From the IMG/VR virus record IMGVR_UViG_3300020037_000280, positions 1-36,626 of that record: a DNA stretch of 36,626 bases. One strand, given 5' to 3'. The DNA comes from a virus. A program made the position numbers and the translations under genes. Position 1 is the stretch's first letter. Every line of letters starts with the position of its first letter. Shown piece after piece: positions 16,550 through 25,640 of this stretch. The notes under the pieces were generated by a model. The model did not search any database. It worked only from the letters and a program-made list of their open reading frames with translations, and was not told the DNA's origin.

Positions 16550-17685
16550 GCGACAACGCAACCCTACCCGCAACAGGCACAGTAGTTCGCGCTATTGACA
16601 AAGCAGGAACGGTAACGCAGGTCACGGCTATTGACATTGGCGGCTCAGGTGCTGAAACACTGCTAAGTTCATCTAACAAAATGCCTGTTGTCGCATCGGA
16701 GTTGGACGCGCTTTTAACAACCATTGCAAACTCTGTTAAAAACCATAATTCACCATTTGTTGACGGCATGGCCGGGCAGGTTATGCTGGCTAAACGGCGC
16801 GACTCTGACGGTACATCTGTTGCTGATGGCGACTTAAACATCTTGAATCAGGATGAAGAAGGCCGACTAAAGGTATCAACAAAGCCAGCAAGTTACTCAA
16901 CAGTGACAGGCGATATATCCGCAGTAGCTGGTACTGTTTCGATTGATTGCCAACGATTCTCAGGTATCGCATTACAGGTACACGGCACATTTGCTGCAAT
17001 GAACTGTACATTTGAAGTATCGAACAACTCAACCAATGGCACTGATGGCAATTGGGGTGTTATTCAAGCGGCACGTTCAAACGCAAACACAGCAGAAACA
17101 GCGACTGGTAACTTATCAGCAAGCCCTGCATATTTGTGGGAAGTATCGGTAAACCCTTACAAATGGTTCAGGGTTAGATGCACTGCTAGAACAAGCGGTA
17201 CACAAACATGGACTTTAGTGCCGGGTAGCTATGCGACAGAAGTTACGCCTGTTGTTCAGGTAACAGGTACGCAACCCGTATCAGGCACGGTTACATCCAC
17301 AGTAACAGCAGGAACGATAAACCCTGTAGTCCCTGCTACGCCTTATTTTGTAAACAGCGCAGCGACTACCAACGGCGCATTGGTTCTAACTGGCACAAGT
17401 AACCTTTCATCTTTCTATGCGACGAACGAAGGCGCAAGCACAGCCTACGTGAAGTTATACAACAAGGCCACAGCGCCAACGGTCGGCACTGATGTGCCAG
17501 AAATGACTTTTCCAGTTCCTGCTGCTGTAGGTGGAGTGCCAGGTGTAGCCAACCCAAACATAGGTTTTCATGGCTTCAGGTTCGCTTTGGGCATGGGTAT
17601 CGCCATTACACGTAACGCCGTTCATTCAGACACGACCGCTGTCGGTGCATCAGAGGTAAAGGTCAAACTTAGCAGGACTGTCTAA
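16546..17685 (+). CDS. Beta-rich virion-module protein of unknown function (379 aa)
   Basis: ATGA-coupled to the portal gene. Thr/Ser/Val/Gly-rich beta-type composition with no recognisable motif. Confidence 0.7.
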   Translation: MSDNATLPATGTVVRAIDKAGTVTQVTAIDIGGSGAETLLSSSNKMPVVASELDALLTTIANSVKNHNSPFVDGMAGQVMLAKRRDSDGTSVADGDLNILNQDEEGRLKVSTKPASYSTVTGDISAVAGTVSIDCQRFSGIALQVHGTFAAMNCTFEVSNNSTNGTDGNWGVIQAARSNANTAETATGNLSASPAYLWEVSVNPYKWFRVRCTARTSGTQTWTLVPGSYATEVTPVVQVTGTQPVSGTVTSTVTAGTINPVVPATPYFVNSAATTNGALVLTGTSNLSSFYATNEGASTAYVKLYNKATAPTVGTDVPEMTFPVPAAVGGVPGVANPNIGFHGFRFALGMGIAITRNAVHSDTTAVGASEVKVKLSRTV

Positions 17686-18068
17686 TGCTGTTGCTGATAT
17701 TTCAGGCTGGCGAAGTTACGCCACCAGAAGAACCTACTTTAGTAGGGCAAACAAGCTACTCTGTTAAGAAGAAAAAGCACTTAGGAGGTCATTACTGGAA
17801 GCCTGAAGAACTGGCATCTGTAGAGCCATTGGTAACTAGATTGCCAATGCCTTCAGAGCCTAAAGAGCTGCCTCCAATAGCGCCTAAACCGCGCATTAAC
17901 CGATTAGACACATTTGCAAGCGCACATTCAGCACTGGCAGAGATAGGAATTCATTACAAGCAATCATCTATTGACTATTCAAGTGTTATCAATGCCCTAC
18001 AAGCAGAGATACAGCAACAACAAGATGATGACATGGCGATTGCCACACTGGTAGCAATGCTTATATGA
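17685..18068 (+). CDS. Hypothetical head-module protein (127 aa)
   Basis: TAATG-coupled ORF. Confidence 0.6.
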   Translation: MLLLIFQAGEVTPPEEPTLVGQTSYSVKKKKHLGGHYWKPEELASVEPLVTRLPMPSEPKELPPIAPKPRINRLDTFASAHSALAEIGIHYKQSSIDYSSVINALQAEIQQQQDDDMAIATLVAMLI

Positions 18069-18319
18069 CGGACGAAAACATTAAACAAAGAATTGCCGAC
18101 ATAGGGCAAGGATTACAGGCTATTCAAAACGGATGGCCTTTTTTATTGGGTGAAATCAATTCACGCATAGACGAATTGACTACCTCATTAGTAAACAACA
18201 ACGATGAGCAAACACGAGGGCGCATTAAAGCCCTGATTGCTATCAAGAAATTACCTGAAACTCTGGAAGCAGAGCGACATGGTATGAGCGCAGCATTATC
18301 TGAAAAGGACGCTGCATAG
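18065..18319 (+). CDS. Hypothetical head-module protein (84 aa)
   Basis: ATGA-coupled helical ORF. Confidence 0.6.
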   Translation: MTDENIKQRIADIGQGLQAIQNGWPFLLGEINSRIDELTTSLVNNNDEQTRGRIKALIAIKKLPETLEAERHGMSAALSEKDAA

Positions 18320-18362
18320 TTTGTGGATTATCGGGAGTAACCGACCCATCAGGAGTTATGAA

Positions 18363-19118
18363 ATGACAGACGAAGAGTATCAAGCGGAGTACGAAAAGGC
18401 CGCCAAAGAGTTGGAAAACGGGAAGCCAGAAACCGAGGCAAAAGCAGAACCAGTGAAAACTGAAGAAGCCAAGCCAGAAGTTAAAGCTGAAGAAACTAAG
18501 GTAGAGGAAACAAAACCTGCGGAAGTTGACCCGTTACAGGAGCTGCGCGAAAAGAGTGAAAAACTCGAAAAGCAATTAAAGGATACTAAGGCTTGGGCGA
18601 CTAAAAATGCTCAGGAACTAGCAGCCATTAAACGCGCACAGGAAGAGCGAGAGCGCGAAGCATCACGACCTGCGATTTTGGATGCAAATCCCGAATTAGA
18701 GGCTGCGATTCGCTACGTAAACCCGCCTCCACCTCCAAACTTTGACGAAAGAAATGCACAGTGGCAACAAATCATTGACAAAGCCCACCCCGGGATTTTC
18801 GATAAAAACATCGACCCCGAACTGGAATCTGCACTGGTTACAAGGCTGCAAGCATTAGGCGAAGAAGTACAAGACCCACTGATCGTAATTCGTGAAATTT
18901 CAAAAGAGAAAGAAGCGTATGCAGAGCGAATGATTGGCAAGAGATTTGCTATGGAATCCGCAAAAGCTGCGCAAAAGAACGCGATGGCTGTCCCTGTAGC
19001 TGGCGCTGGTGGTGCACGAACTGCCCCACAAGATTCAGATTTAGAGGCTAAAAATCGCATTTTGAATATGTCACCTGCCGAATTCGAGAAAGAACGACGA
19101 AGGGTGATCGGTTATTAA
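18363..19118 (+). CDS. Scaffolding protein (251 aa)
   Basis: The ATG at 18363 lies 7 nt after SD aggag. Highly charged, helical, Glu/Lys/Ala-rich (EAKAEPVKTEEAKPEVKAEE). Immediately upstream of the major capsid gene. Confidence 0.7.
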   Translation: MTDEEYQAEYEKAAKELENGKPETEAKAEPVKTEEAKPEVKAEETKVEETKPAEVDPLQELREKSEKLEKQLKDTKAWATKNAQELAAIKRAQEEREREASRPAILDANPELEAAIRYVNPPPPPNFDERNAQWQQIIDKAHPGIFDKNIDPELESALVTRLQALGEEVQDPLIVIREISKEKEAYAERMIGKRFAMESAKAAQKNAMAVPVAGAGGARTAPQDSDLEAKNRILNMSPAEFEKERRRVIGY

Positions 19119-19133
19119 CTTTAGGAGCAAATT

Positions 19134-20123
19134 ATGGCAACAACCACACTGGCGCAAGTCCCACCAGGCGTACAAGCCTTTTATGATCGCAACCTGCTCA
19201 CACGAGCAAAACCCAATGAAGTGCATGGCCGTTTCGGTCAAAAGCGCCCCATTGCAAAGCGTAACGGAAATCAAATCAAGTTCCGCCGCTATTCAGCATT
19301 AACTGCTGCTACCACACCTTTGACAGAGGGTACAACTCCATCAGGCTCTAGCCTTGCAGTGACTGACGTTACAGCAACTTTGGCGCAATATGGCGATTTT
19401 GTTACCTTGTCTGACATGGTGGATATGACCAATCAAGACGCAGTGGTTACAGAAACTACCGATGTCTTGGGTGATCAGGCTGGTTTGACAATTGACCAAA
19501 TCCGCCGCGATGTGTTGGTAGCTGGTACGAATGTGGCTTACGCTAACGGCGTGGCTGCTCGTGTCAACGTCAACGTGAAACTTAGCACTGCTGATTTGGA
19601 TAAGGCGATTCGTTACCTTAAAAACCAAAACGCCAAATACATCAAAGAGGGTATCCCCGCTTCTGATGGTGTTGGCACTGGTGCTGTACGTAAATCGTTT
19701 GTTGCAGTCTGTCACCCTGACACTGAATATGACTTGGAAGGCTTGACTGGCTTCCGTGCTGTCAGTGATTACCCATCACAAGAAATGCTCTTGGAAGATG
19801 AAATCGGTTCATATAAAAACATCCGTTTCGTTTCTTCTACCAATTGCAAGATCTTTGCTGGTGGTGGCGCGGCTGGTACAACCGTTTACAAAAACAACGG
19901 TGCAAACTTTGACGTGTACGCAACCATGATTTTCGCGGCTGATGCTTATGGTATCTGCCCGTTGTCTGGTGAAGCGATGAAAACATACGTGAAATCTCTT
20001 GGTTCTGCTGGTACAGCCGACCCATTAGACCAGCGTTCTACTGTGGGCTGGAAAGCGACAACAACTACCAAGATTCTTAACGAAGCTTGGATGATTCGCT
20101 TAGAGCACGCAGCTTCTTTGTAA
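19134..20123 (+). CDS. Major capsid protein, N4-gp56 family (HK97 fold)
   Basis: The N-terminus MATTTLAQVPPGVQAFYDRNLLTRAKPNEVHGRFGQKRPIAKRNGNQIKFRRY matches the N4-gp56-family signature as I recall it. Strong SD, and a terminator follows. Confidence 0.85.
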   Translation: MATTTLAQVPPGVQAFYDRNLLTRAKPNEVHGRFGQKRPIAKRNGNQIKFRRYSALTAATTPLTEGTTPSGSSLAVTDVTATLAQYGDFVTLSDMVDMTNQDAVVTETTDVLGDQAGLTIDQIRRDVLVAGTNVAYANGVAARVNVNVKLSTADLDKAIRYLKNQNAKYIKEGIPASDGVGTGAVRKSFVAVCHPDTEYDLEGLTGFRAVSDYPSQEMLLEDEIGSYKNIRFVSSTNCKIFAGGGAAGTTVYKNNGANFDVYATMIFAADAYGICPLSGEAMKTYVKSLGSAGTADPLDQRSTVGWKATTTTKILNEAWMIRLEHAASL

Positions 20124-20139
20124 TCTAAGTAACTTAACA

Positions 20140-20168
20140 AAAGCCCACCTAAGACGTGGGCTTTTTTA
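20140..20168 (+). terminator. Intrinsic terminator after the capsid gene
   Basis: aaagcccac-ctaagac-gtgggcttt followed by a T-run (cttttttatt). Confidence 0.8.
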
Positions 20169-20181
20169 TTGGAGTAATTAA

Positions 20182-20493
20182 ATGGCACGACCAAAAAAAG
20201 AAGATGGATTAGCACAAGCCCCATCTGTAGCAGTTACCGAAGTAGCAGAGCCTGTAAAGCCTGCGAAGAAAGTAAAAATAACCATCCATAGCGATGCTGA
20301 CGGTGGCGATAAAGGCGACGTGATTCTTGTCCACAATTTCAAATTGTTGCAAATCATGCGTGACAAAGAGGTTGAAATCGACGCAGTTTATTTAGATGTA
20401 TTGAAAGCATCCGTTATCAATACACAAGTCAAAGGCGGGGACGAAAAGATGCGCCCCGTCACATTACCCCGTTACTCATACACAGTGAGCTAA
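20182..20493 (+). CDS. Hypothetical head protein (103 aa), possible decoration/cement protein
   Basis: SD ggag. Lies immediately after the MCP gene. The function is positional inference. Confidence 0.6.
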   Translation: MARPKKEDGLAQAPSVAVTEVAEPVKPAKKVKITIHSDADGGDKGDVILVHNFKLLQIMRDKEVEIDAVYLDVLKASVINTQVKGGDEKMRPVTLPRYSYTVS

Positions 20494-20494
20494 T

Positions 20495-21136
20495 ATGACA
20501 GCCAACGAAATCATACGTGGTGCGCTTGAACTTTGCGGAGTGCAGGGCGCTGCTGAACCAATCAGTGCAGAAGATGCCGAATTAAGCCTTAAAGTGCTTA
20601 ATCGCGTGCTTGCTTTATTGCCTACGTATGGGTTTTCTTGGCCTAACATTTCAAGTGCAGATACATCAATCACATGGTCTGTACTTACCCAAAACACATT
20701 TACAACACCAACTAATTACTTTGGTGTACCCGTTTTGCGCATGACTGATGCAAGCGGTAATGCAGTGCCTTTAACAGAGCTTACAAAGCCTGAATATGAC
20801 GCACTGCCAAACAAGGCATTAACAGCGACCTACCCAACGCACTTTTACCTGACTCCAAGCAGCACATTCATTCTCTACCCTGTACCGACACAAGACCCAC
20901 AGCTAAAACTTAGCTATCAATCGGTGGTTACAGAAGTTGGTTTGACAGATACGCCTACAGTCTCCGCAATCATGCAGGACATGATAGAGCATTGCTTGGC
21001 TAATGAAATAGCTCTCAAATTTGAAGTGCCGGAAGCAAAGCGCATAGAGATTAACAAACGATTCGCAGCTAAAAAAGAACTAGCCTTACAGTGGGCGGTT
21101 AGTACAGCACCGATAGTGATAGAGGTCGCGGAATAA
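20495..21136 (+). CDS. P22 gp4-like head-to-tail adaptor
   Basis: The N-terminus IIRGALELCGVQGAAEPISAEDAELSLKVLNRVL parallels P22 gp4 [32 protein letters not shown]. It precedes the gp10-like gene. Confidence 0.6.
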   Translation: MTANEIIRGALELCGVQGAAEPISAEDAELSLKVLNRVLALLPTYGFSWPNISSADTSITWSVLTQNTFTTPTNYFGVPVLRMTDASGNAVPLTELTKPEYDALPNKALTATYPTHFYLTPSSTFILYPVPTQDPQLKLSYQSVVTEVGLTDTPTVSAIMQDMIEHCLANEIALKFEVPEAKRIEINKRFAAKKELALQWAVSTAPIVIEVAE

Positions 21137-22530
21137 TGCTCCCCATCCCGCTATTCGGTATCGGCAATCAAGGTCGATCCGTGAATGTTGACGCGCAAGA
21201 AAGAACGAACCTCTACGTAGAGTTAAACAACGCTGACCCGCAAAAGAACATTGTTACGCTTTATACAACGCCCGGCTTAGTCTCATTTGTAGACTTTGGC
21301 GCAACACCTATCAGGGGTTTGTATCAGGTTGGTGACTATATGTATGCGGTGCATGGTGATAAGTTCTACAAAGTCTTGAACGATGCCACATTCAGCGTCA
21401 TTGGTACGCTTTTAACCAACACTGGTAACGTTGACATAGCTGATAACGGCAATCAAATCATGATTGTTGACGGTACGAATGGCTATATTTACAACCTAAC
21501 AACACTTGCATTTGCGCAAATCATAGACGTTGATTTTGTGGCAAGCGATACGGTTACTTACTTTAACTCCCGTTTTGTTGTCCAAGAAGCAGGCAATACA
21601 GGACGGTTTGCTATCTCTGCACAATATGACGGCTTGGCATGGGACGCTTTAGACTTTGCAACAGCCGAGGCTTCACCCGATCGCTTAGTACGTGTTTACG
21701 CTGATTCTGGTTTACTTCAGTTATTTGGCGACAAAACTAATGAGCCTTGGGGTGATAACGGCGCTGTAGATTTTCCGTTTAGCCGTATCGGTTCTGGCGC
21801 GATTGAATGGGGTTTAGCTGCTAGGTGGTCATTGTGCAAATTCATTGATTCGCTGATTTTCCTACGCACAAACCGACTAGGACAAGTGCAAGTTTGCGTA
21901 CAAGCTGGCGGTGCAGCTCAGGCCATCTCAACACCTGAAATGGACGTAGAGTTTGGCACGTACTCAGTAACGAGTGACGCTACAGCCTTCACTTATATGC
22001 ACAGTGGACACGCTTTCTATCAGATTAACTTTCCAAGTGCTAATAAATCTTGGTTGTTTGACGGTCAATCTAAATCATGGTCTAAGTTGCAATCTGGCAC
22101 AGGCAGACACAGAGGCGACAAGTACACCCAATATCTAGGTCGTAACTTCGTATCTGACTACGAAAACGGCAAGATATACCGCTTGGATATTAACGAGTAC
22201 ACAGATGATGGCGCGATGATTATTCGTGAGTTTATCTCTCGCCATGTTGGACAGGGTGATTGGTCAACCCTATCTATGCTTTGGTTAGAGTTTGAAGAAG
22301 GCGTAGGCTTAGAGACTGGTCAAGGCAGTGACCCGCAAGTCATCATGCGCGTAAGTAAAGACGGAGGCAAGACCTACGGATTAGAGCAATGGCGTTCTAT
22401 TGGCAAGATAGGCAAATTCAACACAAGGGCGGTATGGAATCGCCTAGGACGCGCGCGCGAATGGACATTCAAATTCCGTGTAACTGACCCGATTAAGGTA
22501 GTCATTACACAGGCTTGGGGAACGAAATAA
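21136..22530 (+). CDS. P22 gp10-like packaged-DNA stabilization / tail hub protein
   Basis: 464 aa versus 472 aa for P22 gp10. The C-terminus VSKDGGKTYGLEQW...FNTRAVWNRLGRAREWTFKFRVTDP parallels P22 TTDGINYGREQM...YDKRVLWKRVGRIRRLIGFKLRVITKSP. Confidence 0.75.
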   Translation: MLPIPLFGIGNQGRSVNVDAQERTNLYVELNNADPQKNIVTLYTTPGLVSFVDFGATPIRGLYQVGDYMYAVHGDKFYKVLNDATFSVIGTLLTNTGNVDIADNGNQIMIVDGTNGYIYNLTTLAFAQIIDVDFVASDTVTYFNSRFVVQEAGNTGRFAISAQYDGLAWDALDFATAEASPDRLVRVYADSGLLQLFGDKTNEPWGDNGAVDFPFSRIGSGAIEWGLAARWSLCKFIDSLIFLRTNRLGQVQVCVQAGGAAQAISTPEMDVEFGTYSVTSDATAFTYMHSGHAFYQINFPSANKSWLFDGQSKSWSKLQSGTGRHRGDKYTQYLGRNFVSDYENGKIYRLDINEYTDDGAMIIREFISRHVGQGDWSTLSMLWLEFEEGVGLETGQGSDPQVIMRVSKDGGKTYGLEQWRSIGKIGKFNTRAVWNRLGRAREWTFKFRVTDPIKVVITQAWGTK

Positions 22531-23600
22531 TGGCAAACGCATTACTAGATTTTCTGCAAGGTGCTAGCAATAGCGCGGCGGCTAATGTATCTGCTCCTGT
22601 GGACGGTATCGCATGGCTATTGCGTAAAGCAGGAATCAACGTAGACAGACCTGTAATGGGTTCAGATTGGATGCGCGAACGTGGATTAACAGCAGAGCCT
22701 ACAAACAAGCTAGCAGGCATATTAGGTGAATCTGTAGGCGGTGTATTGCCTATGGTGGCAGCGGCTAAAGCACCACAAATAGCACAAGGCTTATTGCAAG
22801 CTGAAAGAAACCTAGCAGCACCTAGAACATTGAACCCACAGACAGGCGCTATTTTGTGGCATGGTTCACCGCATAAGTTTGATGCGTTTGATGCGTCAAA
22901 GATTGGCACGGGTGAAGGCGCACAGGCTTATGGGCATGGATTGTATTTGGCCGAATCACCAGATGTTGCAAAACAATATCAGGCGGCATTAAGTAGCCCT
23001 GAGTATTCATCAAAAGGTAGGACGCTAAAAGGCAATGAAGCATGGGCTGCTCAATTCTTGCACGACTTTTCAGGTGATGCATTACCCAAAAGACGAAGTA
23101 TAGAGAAAGCCATAAATAGAGCTAATTCCGTGCTAAACGATACTCCTACTAAACAAGAAATACTCAAACATATATCAACACTAGATAAAAACGGTGTTGA
23201 TGTTGTTAATGGCTCACTCTACAAAGTAGACCTACCCGACGAACACATAGCAAAGATGCTGGATTGGGATAAGTTGCTTAGCGAACAACCACCAGAAGTA
23301 CAAAACGCTGCAATGAAACTAGCGGGCGGGAAATTGCAAGACTTGGCTAGTTCGCAGCATCGTTATTTGCCAACTGTAAAACCGTTGGACACAATGACTG
23401 GCGAAGAATTTATTAGAACCTTAAACAACGGGGCACGCGGTTCAACTGAACAGATATTGCAAAAACAAGGCATACCAGGCATCCGCTACCTAGACGGCGG
23501 TTCAAGAGGTACAGGTGCAGGAACATCAAATTATGTAGTGTTCCCCGGTAACGAAGGATTGTTATCAATCTTAGAGCGTAACGGTCAACCTCTCAAATAA
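22530..23600 (+). CDS. Virion-module protein with an ART-PolyVal-like core motif (356 aa)
   Basis: The ATG at 22530 overlaps the upstream TAA. ILWHGSPHKFDAFDASKIGTGEGAQAYGHGLYLAESPDVAKQY and the C-terminal SNYVVFPGNE resemble the ADP-ribosyltransferase-like module of phage/plasmid polyvalent proteins. This is from memory, not a search. Confidence 0.45.
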   Translation: MANALLDFLQGASNSAAANVSAPVDGIAWLLRKAGINVDRPVMGSDWMRERGLTAEPTNKLAGILGESVGGVLPMVAAAKAPQIAQGLLQAERNLAAPRTLNPQTGAILWHGSPHKFDAFDASKIGTGEGAQAYGHGLYLAESPDVAKQYQAALSSPEYSSKGRTLKGNEAWAAQFLHDFSGDALPKRRSIEKAINRANSVLNDTPTKQEILKHISTLDKNGVDVVNGSLYKVDLPDEHIAKMLDWDKLLSEQPPEVQNAAMKLAGGKLQDLASSQHRYLPTVKPLDTMTGEEFIRTLNNGARGSTEQILQKQGIPGIRYLDGGSRGTGAGTSNYVVFPGNEGLLSILERNGQPLK

Positions 23601-23602
23601 CT

Positions 23603-23845
23603 ATGGAACTACCAAACCAAACCGCAGTAGATAGCGGAGGCAGTTTCACGCCTGTATGGGTTAACTTCTTCGCACGAGTTCAAGCCGTGTGTAACGCAGG
23701 ACAACAAAGTGGTGCGACTGCTGATAGACCAACTACAGGGCTATGGATAGGTCGCAGGTACTACGACGAAACATTAAGCAAGCCTGTTTATGTACGCTCC
23801 GTCCGTCCGACGGTATGGAAAGATTCTCAGGGAACTACTGTATGA
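23603..23845 (+). CDS. Hypothetical virion-module protein (80 aa)
   Basis: ORF coupled on both sides. No domain assigned. Confidence 0.6.
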   Translation: MELPNQTAVDSGGSFTPVWVNFFARVQAVCNAGQQSGATADRPTTGLWIGRRYYDETLSKPVYVRSVRPTVWKDSQGTTV

Positions 23846-24168
23846 CAGCGATATTAACGCTAGACGATATAAACATTAAACACTACTTTGGGCACAAAGA
23901 GTACATCAAAGAAGCCCACATTGATGCAGGCGTAGAGCTAGAACAGCACAAACACAAGCACAGCCACTTGTCAGTATTGATGAAAGGTCGCGCAGCCGTG
24001 ACTGTAGATGGCGTAACAACAATTTATGACGCGCCAAAGATACTAAAAATAGGGGCATTAAAAGCGCACAAGATAGGGGCAATTACAGACGTAATTTGGC
24101 TATGCGTTTGGGGTATTGACCCAAGTTTGCGTGATTCTAAAACTATTGATGATGGGTTAATTGCATGA
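23842..24168 (+). CDS. Small cupin-fold protein (108 aa)
   Basis: The ATG at 23842 overlaps the upstream TGA. GVELEQHKHKHSHLSVLMKG fits cupin motif 1 (G-x5-HxH...G), and a second His lies in ALKAHKIG. Confidence 0.5.
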   Translation: MTAILTLDDINIKHYFGHKEYIKEAHIDAGVELEQHKHKHSHLSVLMKGRAAVTVDGVTTIYDAPKILKIGALKAHKIGAITDVIWLCVWGIDPSLRDSKTIDDGLIA

Positions 24169-24698
24169 AACCATTAGAACTTGTAGCAAGGGGTGTAAAT
24201 GTCCAAGACTTGTATTGGAAATTGCTTGCTAACCCACAATTGTGGAATGAAAATGATAAGCGCACGCAAGACCCATCATCACCGCATCACGGGCTAGATG
24301 ATATTTGGGTTCGTTTCGGAGAACCAAATCAAAATCCACGTCAACCGCATGATTCTATTTGGTATCCATCCGCAGATATTTTGGGCGTGAAGCCAATGAT
24401 TATGCGTTTATTCGCAGCCGTGGGCGGTACTCGATTAGGTGGTGTGTTGATTACTCGCATACCCGCTGGCAAGACCTGCAAACCACATGAAGATAAAGGC
24501 TGGCACGCGGATTTTTACAAAGACAAGTACGCCATCCAAATAACAAGTGCGCCGGGGCAAAGATTCTGCTTTGACGATATTGAATTTGAATCAAAACCCG
24601 GCGATGTTTATTGGTTTAACAACTCATTCAAGCATTGGGTGCCAAATCCGACACCGTATGAACGCATCACGATGATCGTGTGCATAACCAAGGAGTAA
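24165..24698 (+). CDS. Aspartyl/asparaginyl beta-hydroxylase-like 2OG-Fe(II) oxygenase (177 aa)
   Basis: IPAGKTCKPHEDKGWH (HxD) and WFNNSFKHWVPNPTPYERITMIV (distal His, N, R) follow the Asp/Asn-hydroxylase (LpxO-related) cupin pattern. Confidence 0.6.
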   Translation: MKPLELVARGVNVQDLYWKLLANPQLWNENDKRTQDPSSPHHGLDDIWVRFGEPNQNPRQPHDSIWYPSADILGVKPMIMRLFAAVGGTRLGGVLITRIPAGKTCKPHEDKGWHADFYKDKYAIQITSAPGQRFCFDDIEFESKPGDVYWFNNSFKHWVPNPTPYERITMIVCITKE

Positions 24699-24701
24699 AG
24701 T

Positions 24702-25631
24702 ATGCCATATGCATTAGTAGCAGCAGGACTTGGCTTGGCAGGAGCTATGGTATCAGCAGATGCATCAGGAGACGCTGCTGACGCGCAAAGCAGTGCAAAT
24801 GCAGCAGCACTAGAAGAACAAAAGCGCCAGTTTGACCTGAATCGTGCCGACCAAGAACGTTGGGGCATGATGCAGATTGCAGGCGAAGAAGAATTTGACC
24901 GTCGCAATCGTGCGGATAAAGAAATGGCTTATCAGCGCGGGGCTACCTTAAACAAAGGTAACGTAGACCGAGGCGAAGTCGCAGGCAATCAACTATCTTA
25001 TTTAATGGGGTTAGGTGATAAAGGTACTGGTGAGAAAGGTTGGTTATCCAAGCAATTCACCGAAGCCGACATGACCAAAGATGGTGGCTATGACTTCAGA
25101 ATGGGTGAAGGTCAAAAGAGCGTAGGCAACCAATTTGCTGCAAGTGGTAATTTGTTATCTGGCGCGGCAATGAAAGCCCTTACACGCTTCAATCAAGACT
25201 TTGCAAGCAACGAATATAACAATGCTTATGGACGCTTTAACAACGACCAAACAAACCAATATAACCGATTGGCAGGCATCCAAGTTGCAGGGCAAAATGC
25301 TATCAACTCTACTAATGGGTTAGGTGGCACGATTCAAGGCAGTGCAGGTAATGGCGCGTCAAACATGGCGGCTCTTTCCACAGCTAACAATAACGCCTAT
25401 GGCAACGCAGCAGCCCAAAACGCAGCGAATCAAGGCAACATCAATGCCAATCTAGCTATGGCGCGTGGCAATGCCTTTAATCAAGGTTTAGGCGGTTTGA
25501 CAAATGCATGGAATACCTATCAGGCACAAAACAAAAACACTGGCAGCACTTGGACAAATAACGGGAATACGTGGACTAACAACGGTAACACGTACACCAA
25601 TAGTGGCGGCTACGATTACCTAGACTTTTAA
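24702..25631 (+). CDS. Asn/Gly/Ala-rich internal virion (ejection-type) protein (309 aa)
   Basis: SD aaggag. Low-complexity N/G/Q-rich sequence with a C-terminal TWTNNGN tandem repeat. Occupies the position of the P22 gp7/gp20/gp16 analogues. Confidence 0.6.
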   Translation: MPYALVAAGLGLAGAMVSADASGDAADAQSSANAAALEEQKRQFDLNRADQERWGMMQIAGEEEFDRRNRADKEMAYQRGATLNKGNVDRGEVAGNQLSYLMGLGDKGTGEKGWLSKQFTEADMTKDGGYDFRMGEGQKSVGNQFAASGNLLSGAAMKALTRFNQDFASNEYNNAYGRFNNDQTNQYNRLAGIQVAGQNAINSTNGLGGTIQGSAGNGASNMAALSTANNNAYGNAAAQNAANQGNINANLAMARGNAFNQGLGGLTNAWNTYQAQNKNTGSTWTNNGNTWTNNGNTYTNSGGYDYLDF

Positions 25632-25640
25632 GGAACAATT

